From assembly GCF_058153355.1 (NCBI RefSeq), contig NZ_CM177019.1: a DNA stretch of 64,000 nucleotides, one strand, 5' to 3'. A model generated the notes under the pieces. The model did not search any database, was not told the origin of the DNA, and saw nothing but the letters and a program-made list of their open reading frames with translations. Of the stretch, positions 24,462-40,207 are shown one piece after another (the stretch's first letter is position 1; the number at the start of each line of letters is the position of its first letter). A program made the translations under genes and the position numbers.

Positions 24462-25010
24462 TCACCACTCCCAGACTTTCGACGGCGTAACTACTGCAGG
24501 AAGTGGAATATCCCACTCTTCAACGGGGAGTTTTTCTACCAACTGACAATCATGCGCATAACCCACCGGTTGCATTTGATAGCGCTGCCAGTTTTGTAAG
24601 GTCCGATCATAAAAACCACCGCCCATTCCCAGGCGCTGACCGTACTCATCAAAGGCGACCAGCGGTGTGATCAACACGTCTAATCGGGAAAGGGGTAGCA
24701 CGTCACGCACATCCAGTTTTGGCTCATGGATCTTCAACCTGTTCATCACCAGTTCGCTTTGCGGATGGTAATTCAGGAACAGCAAATTACCGGCACTAAA
24801 GGGATGCAAAACTGGAAGATATACGCGCTTACCGGCGCGCCAGAGTTGTTCTATGAGTGGCTGGGTGTCGAGTTCGCCATCAAAAGAGAGGAATACAGCG
24901 ACCGTATGCGCCATCACCACCGGGGGATAAGTCATCATCCGGGTAGCAGCTTGTTGACCCATTTCTTGCTGTTGTTTCGGCGTTAACGCACGACGACGTT
25001 GCCGAATCAT
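24462..25010 (-). CDS. ygfA: 5-formyltetrahydrofolate cyclo-ligase
   Basis: Start at 25010 (MIRQRRRALTP); 182 aa; downstream of ssrS in the same transcript. Confidence 0.85.
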   Translation of the reverse strand: MIRQRRRALTPKQQQEMGQQAATRMMTYPPVVMAHTVAVFLSFDGELDTQPLIEQLWRAGKRVYLPVLHPFSAGNLLFLNYHPQSELVMNRLKIHEPKLDVRDVLPLSRLDVLITPLVAFDEYGQRLGMGGGFYDRTLQNWQRYQMQPVGYAHDCQLVEKLPVEEWDIPLPAVVTPSKVWEW

Positions 25011-25082
25011 TTTGCGGATTTCTTGTCGATATAATGTCAGTGGGATTTCTGGTAGTTGCGTCATGGCTGGTGCCAGATAAGA

Positions 25083-25268
25083 AGGGAATCTCCGAGATGC
25101 CGCCGCAGGCTGTAACCCTTGAACCCTTGGTTCAAGGTGAATGTGTCGTCACAGTTTTAAGGCTTCTCGGACGGACCGAGCATGCTCACCAACCGCGGAG
25201 CGCCACATTCTTGTGGTATGAAATATCGGCTCAGGGGACTGGCCCGCTTGCGAACATCTCAGAGAAAT
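25083..25268 (-). ncRNA. ssrS: 6S RNA
   Basis: Reverse complement reads ATTTCTCTGAGATGTTCGCAAGCGGGCCAGTCCCCTGAGCCGATATTTCATACCACAAGAATGTGGCGCTCCGCGG...GGAGATTCCCT, the 6S RNA sequence. Confidence 0.93.
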
Positions 25269-25309
25269 TTTGTCTTCACGGTTACTCTACCACAGTAAAC
25301 CGAAAAGTG

Positions 25310-25705
<396 letters not shown>

Positions 25706-25806
25706 CTATAGCTACCCTGATGAGAAGAGACAAGCCCTTTTCTGGTCCACCAGGGCCCAAAGTGGTAGCATATCATGAATATTCCTCCCTTTGACGACGA
25801 ATGCTT

Positions 25807-26385
25807 ATGTCTATACAGAACGAAATGCCTGGTTACAACGAAATGAACCAGTATCTGAACCAACAAGGGACGGGTCTGACCCCTGCTGAGATGCATGGTT
25901 TAATCAGTGGGATGATATGTGGTGGTAACGATGACAGCTCATGGCTGCCACTGCTTCACGACCTGACGAACGAAGGCATGGCTTTCGGTCATGAGCTGGC
26001 ACAGGCATTGCGCAAAATGCACTCTGCTACCAGCGATGCCCTGCAGGATGACGGCTTCCTTTTTCAGCTTTATCTGCCTGATGGCGATGATGTCAGTGTT
26101 TTCGATCGTGCTGATGCGCTGGCAGGTTGGGTCAATCACTTCCTGCTTGGTCTTGGCGTTACGCAACCGAAGCTGGACAAAGTGACCGGCGAAACCGGTG
26201 AAGCCATCGACGATCTGCGTAACATCGCGCAGCTGGGCTACGACGAAGACGAAGATCAGGAAGAGCTGGAAATGTCGCTTGAAGAGATCATCGAGTACGT
26301 CCGTGTTGCCGCGCTGTTATGCCACGACACCTTTACTCATCCGCAACCGACCGCGCCAGAAGTACAAAAACCGACTCTACACTAA
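25807..26385 (+). CDS. ygfB: UPF0149 family protein
   Basis: About 192 aa; first gene of the ygfB-pepP-ubiH-ubiI cluster. Confidence 0.8.
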
Positions 26386-26410
26386 AAACAAAAAACGTAA
26401 GGAGAGTGTT

Positions 26411-27736
26411 ATGAGTGAGATATCCCGGCAAGAATTTCAGCGTCGCCGTCAGGCCCTGGTAGAGCAAATGCAACCCGGCAGCGCCGCGCTGATTTTCGCG
26501 GCACCAGAAGTGACCCGTAGCGCCGACAGCGAATACCCCTATCGTCAGAACAGTGACTTCTGGTACTTCACCGGCTTTAACGAACCGGAAGCGGTGCTGG
26601 TACTGATTAAAAGTGATGACACTCATAACCACAGCGTTTTGTTTAACCGCGTGCGCGACTTGACGGCGGAGATCTGGTTTGGCCGTCGTTTAGGTCAGGA
26701 TGCCGCGCCAGAGAAACTGGGCGTTGACCGCGCACTGGCGTTCAGTGAAATCAATCAGCAACTTTATCAACTGCTTAATGGTCTGGATGTGGTTTACCAC
26801 GCTCAGGGCGAATATGCCTATGCTGATGAAATCGTGAACAGCGCGCTGGAAAAGCTGCGTAAAGGCTCGCGACAAAATCTCACCGCGCCAGCAACGATGA
26901 TCGACTGGCGTCCTGGTGTTCATGAAATGCGCCTGTTCAAATCGCCGGAAGAGATTGCCGTACTTCGCCGCGCGGGTGAAATCACTGCCCTGGCGCATAC
27001 CCGGGCGATGGAAAAATGCCGTCCGGGGATGTTCGAGTACCATCTGGAAGGCGAAATTCACCACGAATTTAACCGCCACGGTGCGCGTTACCCTTCCTAT
27101 AACACCATTGTTGGCAGCGGTGAAAACGGCTGCATTCTGCATTACACCGAAAACGAGTGTGAAATGCGCGACGGCGACCTGGTGCTGATTGATGCTGGTT
27201 GTGAATACAAAGGTTACGCTGGCGATATTACCCGCACCTTCCCGGTTAACGGTAAATTCACTCAGGCTCAGCGTGAAATCTACGACATTGTGCTGGAGTC
27301 TCTTGAAACCAGCTTGCGCCTGTATCGTCCGGGAACGTCCATTCAGGAAGTCACCGGTGAAGTGGTGCGCATCATGGTTAGCGGCCTGGTAAAACTCGGC
27401 ATCCTGAAAGGTGATGTTGATGAACTGATCGCTCAGAACGCCCATCGTCCTTTCTTTATGCATGGCCTTAGCCACTGGTTAGGTCTGGATGTCCATGATG
27501 TTGGTATTTATGGTCAGGATCGCTCGCGCATTCTGGAACCGGGCATGGTACTGACCGTAGAGCCGGGGCTGTACATTGCGCCGGATGCGGATGTACCAGA
27601 ACAATATCGCGGTATCGGCATTCGTATCGAAGACGACATTGTGATTACCGAAACCGGCAATGAAAACCTCACTGCCAGCGTAGTGAAAAAGCCGGAAGAA
27701 ATTGAAGCGTTGATGGCTGCTGCGAGAAAGCAATGA
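26411..27736 (+). CDS. pepP: Xaa-Pro aminopeptidase
   Basis: Start at 26411 (MSEISRQEFQRRRQ); 441 aa; the long ORF-track start is in the ygfB frame tail. Confidence 0.92.
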   Translation: MSEISRQEFQRRRQALVEQMQPGSAALIFAAPEVTRSADSEYPYRQNSDFWYFTGFNEPEAVLVLIKSDDTHNHSVLFNRVRDLTAEIWFGRRLGQDAAPEKLGVDRALAFSEINQQLYQLLNGLDVVYHAQGEYAYADEIVNSALEKLRKGSRQNLTAPATMIDWRPGVHEMRLFKSPEEIAVLRRAGEITALAHTRAMEKCRPGMFEYHLEGEIHHEFNRHGARYPSYNTIVGSGENGCILHYTENECEMRDGDLVLIDAGCEYKGYAGDITRTFPVNGKFTQAQREIYDIVLESLETSLRLYRPGTSIQEVTGEVVRIMVSGLVKLGILKGDVDELIAQNAHRPFFMHGLSHWLGLDVHDVGIYGQDRSRILEPGMVLTVEPGLYIAPDADVPEQYRGIGIRIEDDIVITETGNENLTASVVKKPEEIEALMAAARKQ

Positions 27737-28911
27737 GCGTAATCATCGTCGGTGGCGGCATGGCGGGCGCGACGCTGGCGCTGGCTATTTCCCGGTTAAG
27801 TCACGGGGCGCTGCCGGTACATTTGATTGAAGCGACTGCGCCAGAGTCACATGCTCATCCGGGCTTTGATGGACGAGCTATTGCGCTGGCGGCGGGTACT
27901 TGTCAGCAACTGGCGCGCATCGGCGTCTGGCAATCTCTGGCTGATTGCGCAACCGCCATCACCAGCGTGCATGTCAGCGATCGTGGTCATGCCGGATTCG
28001 TCACCCTCGCCGCAGAAGATTACCAACTGGCGGCGCTGGGGCAGGTTGTCGAATTGCATAATGTCGGGCAACGGCTGTTTGCATTGCTGCGCAAAGCACC
28101 TGGCGTAACGCTGCATTGTCCGGATCGCGTGGCTAACGTTGCCCGTGCTCAGAGTCACGTTGAAGTGACGCTGGAGAGTGGCAAGACGTTGACGGGGCGT
28201 GTGCTGGTCGCTGCTGATGGCACCCATTCCGCGTTAGCCACCGCGTGCGGTGTTGACTGGCAGCAGGAGCCTTACGAACAACTGGCCGTGATTGCGAACG
28301 TTGCGACTTCCGTTGCGCACGAAGGCCGGGCGTTTGAGCGTTTCACACAATATGGCCCGTTGGCGATGTTGCCGATGTCTGACGGACGCTGTTCGCTGGT
28401 CTGGTGCCATCCACTGGAACGGCGCGAAGAGGTGCTGTCGTGGAGCGACGAGACGTTTTGCCGTGAACTCCAGTCGGCCTTTGGCTGGCGACTTGGGAAA
28501 ATTACCCACGCTGGTAAACGCAGTGCTTACCCGCTGGCGTTAACCCGCGCCGCCAGACCTGTTACCCATCGTACCGTGCTGGTGGGCAATGCGGCGCAAA
28601 CCCTGCACCCGATTGCCGGGCAAGGATTTAACCTCGGTATGCGTGATGTGATGAGCCTTGCGGAAACGCTGACTCAGGCTCAGGCACGTGAAGATGACAT
28701 CGGTGATTACGGCGTATTGTGCCGTTATCAGCAGCGTCGGCAGAGCGATCGCGAAGCAACCATCGGTGTCACGGACAGCCTTGTACATCTTTTTGCTAAC
28801 CGTTGGGCACCGTTGGTTGTCGGGCGCAACCTCGGGCTGATGACGATGGAATTATTCACCCCAGCACGCGATGTGCTGGCGCAGCGCACCCTCGGTTGGG
28901 TGGCGCGTTAA
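27733..28911 (+). CDS. ubiH: 2-octaprenyl-6-methoxyphenol hydroxylase (FAD monooxygenase)
   Basis: 392-aa ORF with N-terminal GGGMAG FAD fingerprint; overlaps pepP stop by 4 bp. Confidence 0.9.
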   Translation: MSVIIVGGGMAGATLALAISRLSHGALPVHLIEATAPESHAHPGFDGRAIALAAGTCQQLARIGVWQSLADCATAITSVHVSDRGHAGFVTLAAEDYQLAALGQVVELHNVGQRLFALLRKAPGVTLHCPDRVANVARAQSHVEVTLESGKTLTGRVLVAADGTHSALATACGVDWQQEPYEQLAVIANVATSVAHEGRAFERFTQYGPLAMLPMSDGRCSLVWCHPLERREEVLSWSDETFCRELQSAFGWRLGKITHAGKRSAYPLALTRAARPVTHRTVLVGNAAQTLHPIAGQGFNLGMRDVMSLAETLTQAQAREDDIGDYGVLCRYQQRRQSDREATIGVTDSLVHLFANRWAPLVVGRNLGLMTMELFTPARDVLAQRTLGWVAR

Positions 28912-28933
28912 AGGCGGCTTTAAGGAATAAACA

Positions 28934-30136
28934 ATGCAAAGTGTTGATGTAGCCATTGTTGGCGGCGGCATGGTGGGGCTGGCGGTTGCCTGCGGCTTGC
29001 AGGGCAGCGGCTTACGCGTTGCCGTACTGGAGCAGCGCGTACCGGAACCTCTGGCGGCGGATGCACCACCACAACTGCGCGTTTCGGCTATCAATGCCGC
29101 CAGCGAAAAATTACTCACCCGTCTTGGCGTCTGGCAGGACATTCTCTCTCGTAGGGCCAGCTGTTATCACGGTATGGAAGTGTGGGACAAAGACAGCTTT
29201 GGTCACATTTCGTTTGACGATCAAAGCATGGGCTATAGCCATCTTGGGCATATCGTTGAAAATTCAGTCATTCACTACGCGCTGTGGAACAAAGCACAGC
29301 AGTCCTCAGATATCAGCCTGCTAGCCCCTGCAGAATTACAGCAAGTCGCCTGGGGAGAGAACGAAACCTTCCTGACGCTGAAAGACGGCAGCATGTTAAC
29401 GGCGCGTCTGGTAATTGGCGCAGACGGCGCTAATTCCTGGTTGCGCAACAAAGCCGATATTCCGCTGACTTTCTGGGATTATCTGCATCACGCGCTGGTG
29501 GCGACCATTCGCACGGAAGAACCGCATGATGCGGTGGCGCGACAGGTTTTCCATGGCGAAGGCATTCTGGCCTTTTTGCCGCTTAGCGATCCGCATCTTT
29601 GCTCAATTGTCTGGTCACTGTCGCCAGAGGAAGCACAGCGGATGCAGCAGGCAGGTGAAGACGAATTTAATCGCGAGTTAAATATCGCTTTTGATAATCG
29701 CCTGGGCTTATGCAAGGTTGAGAGTGAACGCCTGGTGTTCCCGCTGACTGGGCGTTATGCGCGCCAGTTTGCCGCGCACCGTCTGGCGCTGGTGGGCGAC
29801 GCCGCACATACCATTCACCCGTTGGCGGGGCAGGGGGTGAATCTCGGCTTTATGGATGCTGCAGAGCTGATTGCTGAACTGAAACGGTTGCATCGTCAGG
29901 GTAAAGACATCGGGCAGTACATTTACCTGCGTCGCTATGAGCGTAGCCGCAAGCACAGTGCGGCGCTGATGCTGGCAGGTATGCAGGGATTCCGCGATCT
30001 GTTTTCCGGGGCTAATCCGGCGAAAAAACTGCTGCGTGATATTGGCCTGAAACTGGCCGACACGCTTCCTGGCGTTAAACCACAACTTATCCGTCAGGCA
30101 ATGGGATTAAACGATTTGCCTGAATGGCTGCGCTAA
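28934..30136 (+). CDS. ubiI: 2-octaprenylphenol hydroxylase (FAD monooxygenase)
   Basis: 400-aa ORF, paralogue of ubiH (VisC). Confidence 0.9.
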   Translation: MQSVDVAIVGGGMVGLAVACGLQGSGLRVAVLEQRVPEPLAADAPPQLRVSAINAASEKLLTRLGVWQDILSRRASCYHGMEVWDKDSFGHISFDDQSMGYSHLGHIVENSVIHYALWNKAQQSSDISLLAPAELQQVAWGENETFLTLKDGSMLTARLVIGADGANSWLRNKADIPLTFWDYLHHALVATIRTEEPHDAVARQVFHGEGILAFLPLSDPHLCSIVWSLSPEEAQRMQQAGEDEFNRELNIAFDNRLGLCKVESERLVFPLTGRYARQFAAHRLALVGDAAHTIHPLAGQGVNLGFMDAAELIAELKRLHRQGKDIGQYIYLRRYERSRKHSAALMLAGMQGFRDLFSGANPAKKLLRDIGLKLADTLPGVKPQLIRQAMGLNDLPEWLR

Positions 30137-30583
30137 AAATTTCTCTTCTGCTGTTTATTTGATACCCATCACACTTTCATCTCCCGGTTTTTTCGCCGGG
30201 AGATTTTCCTCATTTGAAATAAACTAATTTCACCTGCGATTTCGCATTATATTTTCTAATGCCACGAATTTTTGATTTGGTGTTTTTTGACATTTTTTCA
30301 GTTCTTAATGTTGCCTTATTCAAATTAACTTTCTCATCTAATTATCTTTGTATAGAGATTGGTTCTTTTTTTGGTTTTTTATTCTGTTGTGATTTTGGCG
30401 TTTTTTAACCATAAGCTAATGTGATGATCAATTTTACCTTATGGTTAACAGTCTGTTTCGGTGGTAAGTTCAGGGAAAAGAGAACGATTGCGTTGGGGAC
30501 CGGGAGTGGCTCCGATGCTGGGTTTCGTGGTGATAATTTCACCATGAAAAAGTTGTCAGCCCCGCTTATTCAATGAGGACAAG
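30137..30583 (+). promoter_or_regulatory. gcvTHP promoter/regulatory region
   Basis: About 450-bp AT-rich upstream region with T-tracts; known in E. coli to carry GcvA/Lrp/PurR/CRP sites. Individual sites not mapped here. Confidence 0.5.
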
Positions 30584-31678
30584 ATGGCACAACAGACTCC
30601 TTTGTACGAACAACACACGCTTTGCGGCGCTCGCATGGTGGATTTCCACGGCTGGATGATGCCGCTGCATTACGGTTCGCAAATCGACGAACATCATGCG
30701 GTACGTACCGATGCCGGAATGTTTGATGTGTCACATATGACCATCGTCGATCTTCGCGGCAGTCGCACCAGGGAGTTTCTGCGTTATCTGCTGGCGAACG
30801 ATGTGGCGAAGCTCACCAAAAGCGGCAAAGCCCTTTACTCGGGGATGTTGAATGCCTCTGGCGGTGTGATAGATGACCTTATCGTCTACTACTTTACTGA
30901 AGATTTCTTCCGCCTCGTTGTTAACTCCGCCACCCGCGAAAAAGACCTCTCCTGGATTACCCAACACGCTGAACCCTTCGGTATCGAAATTACCGTTCGT
31001 GATGACCTTTCCATGATTGCCGTTCAAGGACCGAATGCGCAGGCAAAAGCTGCCACACTGTTTAATGATGCTCAGCGTCAGGCGGTGGAAGGGATGAAAC
31101 CCTTCTTTGGCGTGCAGGCTGGCGATCTGTTTATTGCCACCACCGGTTATACCGGTGAAGCGGGCTACGAAATTGCGCTGCCCAATGAAAAAGCGGCGGA
31201 TTTCTGGCGTGCGCTGGTGGAAGCGGGCGTTAAGCCCTGCGGTCTGGGCGCTCGTGACACACTGCGTCTGGAAGCGGGTATGAATCTTTATGGTCAGGAG
31301 ATGGACGAAACCATTTCTCCTTTAGCAGCCAACATGGGCTGGACCATCGCCTGGGAACCGACTGATCGTGACTTTATCGGTCGTGAAGCTCTGGAAGCGC
31401 AGCGTGAACATGGCACAGAAAAACTGGTTGGTCTGGTGATGACCGAAAAAGGCGTGCTGCGTAATGAACTGCCGGTACGTTTTACCGATGCGCAGGGCAA
31501 TCAGCATGAAGGCATTATCACCAGCGGTACTTTCTCCCCGACGTTGGGTTACAGCATTGCGCTGGCACGCGTGCCGGAAGGTATTGGCGAAACGGCGATT
31601 GTGCAAATTCGCAACCGTGAAATGCCGGTAAAAGTGACGAAACCTGTTTTTGTGCGTAACGGCAAAGCCGTCGCGTGA
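30584..31678 (+). CDS. gcvT: glycine cleavage system T protein (aminomethyltransferase)
   Basis: 364-aa ORF. Confidence 0.95.
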
Positions 31679-31700
31679 TTTACTTTTTGGAGATTAATTG

Positions 31701-32090
31701 ATGAGCAACGTACCAGCAGAACTGAAATACAGTAAAGAACACGAATGGCTGCGTAAAGAAGCCGACGGCACTTACACGGTTGGCATCACTGAGCACGCTC
31801 AGGAGCTGTTAGGCGATATGGTGTTTGTTGACCTGCCGGAAGTGGGCGCAACGGTAAGCGCGGGCGATGACTGCGCGGTTGCCGAATCGGTAAAAGCGGC
31901 GTCAGACATTTATGCGCCAGTAAGCGGTGAAATCATGGCGGTAAACGACGCACTGAGCGATTCTCCGGAACTGGTGAACAGCGAACCGTATGCAGGCGGC
32001 TGGATCTTCAAAATCAAAGCCAGCGATGAAAGCGAACTGGAATCACTGCTGGATGCGACCGCATACGAAGCATTGTTAGAAGACGAGTAA
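31701..32090 (+). CDS. gcvH: glycine cleavage system H protein
   Basis: 129-aa ORF starting [16 protein letters not shown]. Confidence 0.95.
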   Translation: MSNVPAELKYSKEHEWLRKEADGTYTVGITEHAQELLGDMVFVDLPEVGATVSAGDDCAVAESVKAASDIYAPVSGEIMAVNDALSDSPELVNSEPYAGGWIFKIKASDESELESLLDATAYEALLEDE

Positions 32091-32208
32091 CAGCTTTATT
32101 CCTCTTCTGCGGAAGAGGATCAGGGTGAGGAACATTTACGCCTCACCCTCACTCTCTTCGCAAGGAGAGAGGTTCACAATTCACTGCACGTTTCAGGAAC
32201 CATCGCTC

Positions 32209-35082
32209 ATGACACAGACGTTAAGCCAGCTTGAAAACAGCGGCGCTTTTATTGAACGCCATATCGGACCGGACGCCGCGCAACAGCAAGAAATGCTGAA
32301 TGCCGTTGGCGCACAATCGTTAAACGCGCTGACCGGCCAGATTGTGCCGAAAGATATTCAGCTTGCGACCCCGCCGCAGGTTGGCGCACCGGCGACCGAA
32401 TACGCCGCGCTGGCGGAGCTCAAGGCTATTGCCAGTCGCAATAAACGCTTCACGTCTTACATCGGCATGGGTTACACCGCCGTGCAGCTACCGCCGGTTA
32501 TTCTGCGTAACATGCTGGAAAATCCGGGCTGGTATACCGCGTATACTCCGTATCAACCTGAAGTCTCCCAGGGCCGCCTTGAAGCACTGCTCAACTTCCA
32601 GCAGGTAACGCTGGATTTGACCGGGCTGGATATGGCTTCGGCTTCTCTTCTTGACGAAGCCACTGCTGCTGCCGAAGCAATGGCGATGGCAAAACGCGTC
32701 AGTAAACTGAAAAATGCCAACCGCTTCTTCGTTGCTTCTGACGTGCATCCGCAAACCTTAGATGTAGTACGTACACGCGCAGAAACCTTTGGTTTTGAAG
32801 TGATTGTCGACGATGCGCAAAAAGTTCTCGATCACCAGGACGTCTTCGGCGTGCTGTTACAGCAGGTTGGCACTACCGGTGAAATTCACGACTACACTGC
32901 GCTTATCAGCGAACTGAAATCACGCAAAATTGTGGTCAGCGTCGCCGCCGATATTATGGCGCTGGTGCTGTTAACCGCGCCGGGTAAACAGGGCGCGGAT
33001 ATTGTCTTTGGTTCGGCGCAACGCTTCGGCGTGCCGATGGGCTACGGTGGCCCACATGCGGCATTCTTTGCGGCGAAAGATGAATACAAACGCTCAATGC
33101 CGGGCCGTATTATTGGTGTATCGAAAGATGCTGCGGGCAATACCGCGCTGCGCATGGCGATGCAGACTCGCGAGCAACATATTCGCCGTGAGAAAGCGAA
33201 CTCCAACATTTGTACTTCCCAGGTACTGCTGGCAAACATCGCCAGCCTGTATGCCGTTTATCACGGCCCGGTTGGCCTGAAACGTATCGCTAATCGCATC
33301 CACCGTCTGACCGATATCCTGGCAGCGGGCCTGCAACAAAAAGGTCTGAAGCTGCGCCATGCGCACTATTTCGATACTTTGTGTGTGGAAGTGGCCGACA
33401 AAGCGGGCGTGCTGGCGCGTGCCGAAGCGGCTGAAATCAACCTGCGTAGCGATATTCTGAATGCGGTTGGGATCACCCTTGATGAAACCACCACGCGCGA
33501 AAACGTGATGCAGCTTTTCAGCGTACTGCTGGGCGATAATCACGGACTGGACATCGACACGCTGGACAAAGACGTGGCTCACGACAGCCGTTCTATTCAG
33601 CCTGCAATGCTGCGCGATGACGAAATTCTCACCCATCCGGTGTTTAATCGCTACCACAGCGAAACCGAAATGATGCGCTATATGCACTCGCTGGAGCGTA
33701 AAGATCTGGCGCTGAATCAGGCGATGATCCCGCTGGGTTCCTGCACCATGAAACTGAACGCCGCCGCCGAGATGATCCCAATCACCTGGCCGGAATTTGC
33801 CGAACTGCACCCGTTCTGCCCGCCGGAACAGGCCGAAGGTTATCAGCAGATGATCGCGCAACTGGCTGACTGGCTGGTGAAACTGACCGGTTACGACGCC
33901 GTCTGTATGCAGCCGAACTCTGGCGCTCAGGGCGAATACGCGGGGCTGCTGGCGATTCGTCATTATCATGAAAGCCGCAACGAAGGGCATCGCGATATCT
34001 GCCTGATCCCGGCTTCTGCGCATGGCACTAACCCGGCTTCCGCGCATATGGCAGGAATGCAGGTGGTGGTTGTGGCGTGTGATAAAAACGGCAACATCGA
34101 TCTGACTGACCTGCGCGCGAAAGCGGAGCAGGCGGGCGATAATCTCTCCTGCATTATGGTGACCTATCCTTCCACCCACGGCGTGTACGAAGAAACGATC
34201 CGTGAAGTGTGTGAAATCGTGCATCAGTTCGGCGGTCAGGTTTACCTTGATGGCGCGAACATGAACGCTCAGGTTGGCATCACTTCGCCGGGCTTTATTG
34301 GCGCGGACGTTTCGCACCTTAACCTGCATAAAACTTTCTGCATTCCGCACGGCGGTGGTGGTCCGGGTATGGGACCGATCGGTGTGAAAGCGCATTTGGC
34401 ACCGTTTGTTCCGGGTCATAGTGTGGTGCAAATCGAAGGCATGTTAACCCGTCAGGGCGCGGTTTCTGCGGCACCGTTCGGTAGCGCTTCTATTCTGCCA
34501 ATTAGCTGGATGTACATCCGCATGATGGGCGCAGAAGGGCTGAAAAAAGCAAGCCAGGTGGCAATTCTTAACGCCAACTATATTGCCAGCCGCCTGCAGG
34601 ATGCCTTCCCGGTGCTGTATACCGGTCGCGACGGTCGCGTGGCGCACGAATGTATTCTCGATATTCGCCCGCTGAAAGAAGAAACCGGCATCAGCGAGCT
34701 GGATATTGCCAAGCGCCTGATCGACTACGGTTTTCACGCGCCGACTATGTCGTTCCCGGTGGCGGGGACGCTGATGGTAGAACCGACTGAATCTGAAAGC
34801 AAAGTGGAACTGGATCGCTTTATCGATGCGATGCTGTCTATCCGCGCAGAAATCGACCAGGTGAAAGCCGGTGTTTGGCCGCTGGAAGATAACCCGCTAG
34901 TGAACGCGCCGCACATTCAGAGCGAACTGGTCGCCGAGTGGGCGCATCCGTACAGCCGTGAAGTTGCAGTATTCCCGGCAGGCGTGGCAGACAAATACTG
35001 GCCGACAGTGAAACGTCTGGATGATGTTTATGGCGACCGTAACCTGTTCTGCTCCTGCGTACCGATTAGCGAATACCAGTAA
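32209..35082 (+). CDS. gcvP: glycine dehydrogenase (decarboxylating), P protein
   Basis: Start at 32209 ([18 protein letters not shown]); 957 aa. Confidence 0.95.
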   Translation: MTQTLSQLENSGAFIERHIGPDAAQQQEMLNAVGAQSLNALTGQIVPKDIQLATPPQVGAPATEYAALAELKAIASRNKRFTSYIGMGYTAVQLPPVILRNMLENPGWYTAYTPYQPEVSQGRLEALLNFQQVTLDLTGLDMASASLLDEATAAAEAMAMAKRVSKLKNANRFFVASDVHPQTLDVVRTRAETFGFEVIVDDAQKVLDHQDVFGVLLQQVGTTGEIHDYTALISELKSRKIVVSVAADIMALVLLTAPGKQGADIVFGSAQRFGVPMGYGGPHAAFFAAKDEYKRSMPGRIIGVSKDAAGNTALRMAMQTREQHIRREKANSNICTSQVLLANIASLYAVYHGPVGLKRIANRIHRLTDILAAGLQQKGLKLRHAHYFDTLCVEVADKAGVLARAEAAEINLRSDILNAVGITLDETTTRENVMQLFSVLLGDNHGLDIDTLDKDVAHDSRSIQPAMLRDDEILTHPVFNRYHSETEMMRYMHSLERKDLALNQAMIPLGSCTMKLNAAAEMIPITWPEFAELHPFCPPEQAEGYQQMIAQLADWLVKLTGYDAVCMQPNSGAQGEYAGLLAIRHYHESRNEGHRDICLIPASAHGTNPASAHMAGMQVVVVACDKNGNIDLTDLRAKAEQAGDNLSCIMVTYPSTHGVYEETIREVCEIVHQFGGQVYLDGANMNAQVGITSPGFIGADVSHLNLHKTFCIPHGGGGPGMGPIGVKAHLAPFVPGHSVVQIEGMLTRQGAVSAAPFGSASILPISWMYIRMMGAEGLKKASQVAILNANYIASRLQDAFPVLYTGRDGRVAHECILDIRPLKEETGISELDIAKRLIDYGFHAPTMSFPVAGTLMVEPTESESKVELDRFIDAMLSIRAEIDQVKAGVWPLEDNPLVNAPHIQSELVAEWAHPYSREVAVFPAGVADKYWPTVKRLDDVYGDRNLFCSCVPISEYQ

Positions 35083-35104
35083 TTTACTGATCCGACTATC
35101 TTCT

Positions 35105-35307
35105 AAAGGCGCTTCGGCGCCTTTGACACTGATGTCAAACTCAACATTGCCTGATACACCTCGTTTATCAGGCCTACATAGTCTGTGCAATGTATTGAAT
35201 TTGCACGATTTTGTAGGCTGGATAAGGCGTTCACGCCGCATCCGGCATAATAAAAGCACTTTGTCATCAATAATTTGAAAGGCGCTTCGGCGCCTTTATT
35301 TTTTTAG
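35105..35307. repeat. BIME/REP cluster flanked by two copies of a terminator hairpin
   Basis: AAAGGCGCTTCGGCGCCTTT at 35105-35124 and again at 35277-35296, the second followed by a T-run; REP-like palindromes between them. Confidence 0.7.
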
Positions 35308-35315
35308 GAAAACAA

Positions 35316-36059
35316 ATGACTATAGCACTTGTGACCGGTGGCAGTCGCGGCATCGGGCGGGCAACTGCATTACTGTTGGCGCAAGAAGGATATACGGTGG
35401 CGGTTAATTATCAGCAAAACCGCCACGCAGCGCAGGAAGTTGTGAACTTAATAACTGAAGCAGGTGGCAAAGCGTTTGCGCTCCAGGCGGATATCAGTGA
35501 CGAAAATCAGGTCATCGCAATGTTTACAGCAATCGATCAGCACGATGAACCGCTAGCCGCGCTGGTCAATAACGCCGGGATCTTGTTTACCCAGTGCACC
35601 GTAGAAAACCTTACCGCAGAGCGAATCAACCGGGTACTTTCCACCAATGTGACGGGATATTTTCTCTGTTGCCGCGAGGCGGTAAAACGCATGGCGCTTA
35701 AAAATGGCGGTAATGGCGGTGCTATCGTCAATGTCTCTTCAGTGGCCTCACGGCTGGGATCTCCGGGGGAATACGTTGATTATGCGGCCTCGAAAGGGGC
35801 GATTGATACGTTAACCACCGGACTATCGCTGGAAGTCGCCGCGCAGGGGATCCGCGTTAACGGCGTGCGGCCAGGGTTTATTTATACCGAAATGCACGCC
35901 AGCGGTGGCGAGCCTGGACGCGTTGATCGCGTTAAGTCGAATATCCCCATGCAGCGTGGCGGACAGGCGGAAGAGGTCGCGCAGGCCATCGTCTGGCTGT
36001 TAAGTGATAAAGCCTCTTATGTCACGGGAAGTTTTATCGATTTGGCGGGTGGAAAATAA
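35316..36059 (+). CDS. ygfF: short-chain dehydrogenase/reductase
   Basis: 247-aa ORF with TGGSRGIG cofactor motif. Confidence 0.88.
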   Translation: MTIALVTGGSRGIGRATALLLAQEGYTVAVNYQQNRHAAQEVVNLITEAGGKAFALQADISDENQVIAMFTAIDQHDEPLAALVNNAGILFTQCTVENLTAERINRVLSTNVTGYFLCCREAVKRMALKNGGNGGAIVNVSSVASRLGSPGEYVDYAASKGAIDTLTTGLSLEVAAQGIRVNGVRPGFIYTEMHASGGEPGRVDRVKSNIPMQRGGQAEEVAQAIVWLLSDKASYVTGSFIDLAGGK

Positions 36060-36077
36060 AACAGGACAGTTGTCTGA

Positions 36078-36108
36078 CCGGATGCAACGCAACAAGTATT
36101 GCATCCGG
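36078..36108. terminator. bidirectional terminator between convergent ygfF and bglA
   Basis: 10-bp perfect stem CCGGATGCAA/TTGCATCCGG. Confidence 0.6.
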
Positions 36109-36120
36109 TACTTCATCGAC

Positions 36121-37581
<1,461 letters not shown>

Positions 37582-37598
37582 TTACAGGAAATAGTACC

Positions 37599-37910
37599 AT
37601 GCAGCCAAACGACATCACTTTTTTTCAACGTTTCCAGGATGACATTCTGGCTGGGCGTAAAACCATCACCATCCGCGACGAGTCTGAATCGCACTTCAAA
37701 ACGGGTGATGTGCTTCGTGTCGGGCGCTTTGAAGATGACGGTTATTTTTGCACGATTGAAGTCACTGCAACCTCAACCGTAACGCTGGATACACTGACGG
37801 AAAAACATGCAGAGCAGGAAAATATGCCCCTGACTGATCTGAAAAAGGTCATTGCCGATATCTATCCCGGCCAGACACAGTTTTATGTGATTGAATTTAA
37901 ATGCCTTTAA
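37599..37910 (+). CDS. yqfB: ASCH-domain protein (N4-acetylcytidine amidohydrolase)
   Basis: 103-aa ORF. Confidence 0.85.
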   Translation: MQPNDITFFQRFQDDILAGRKTITIRDESESHFKTGDVLRVGRFEDDGYFCTIEVTATSTVTLDTLTEKHAEQENMPLTDLKKVIADIYPGQTQFYVIEFKCL

Positions 37911-38070
37911 ATTGAACTCACGCCTGTTAGTTGAAATTTCGCATTTAATTTCATGATTTTTCGGAGATTAGTCTCAAATCAGAATTTATTTTAGCTAACA
38001 GGTGTTCACTGGAACTATTCTCAGTTACGCTGGAGAAGTGTTCACGTGCGTGTACGTTTCTCCGGAGTAA

Positions 38071-38733
<663 letters not shown>

Positions 38734-38745
38734 TGAGTGTGCCTT

Positions 38746-38776
<31 letters not shown>

Positions 38777-38806
38777 TCTACCCCGGTTTCCCAGATTGCA
38801 GGCATG

Positions 38807-40190
<1,384 letters not shown>

Positions 40191-40207
40191 CGGAGCGATA
40201 CAGAGAT

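Noticed and set aside
33094-34431. 445-aa ORF antisense to gcvP
   Set aside because: Shadow ORF inside a highly conserved gene; arginine/histidine-rich low-complexity product typical of antisense frames in GC-rich coding DNA.
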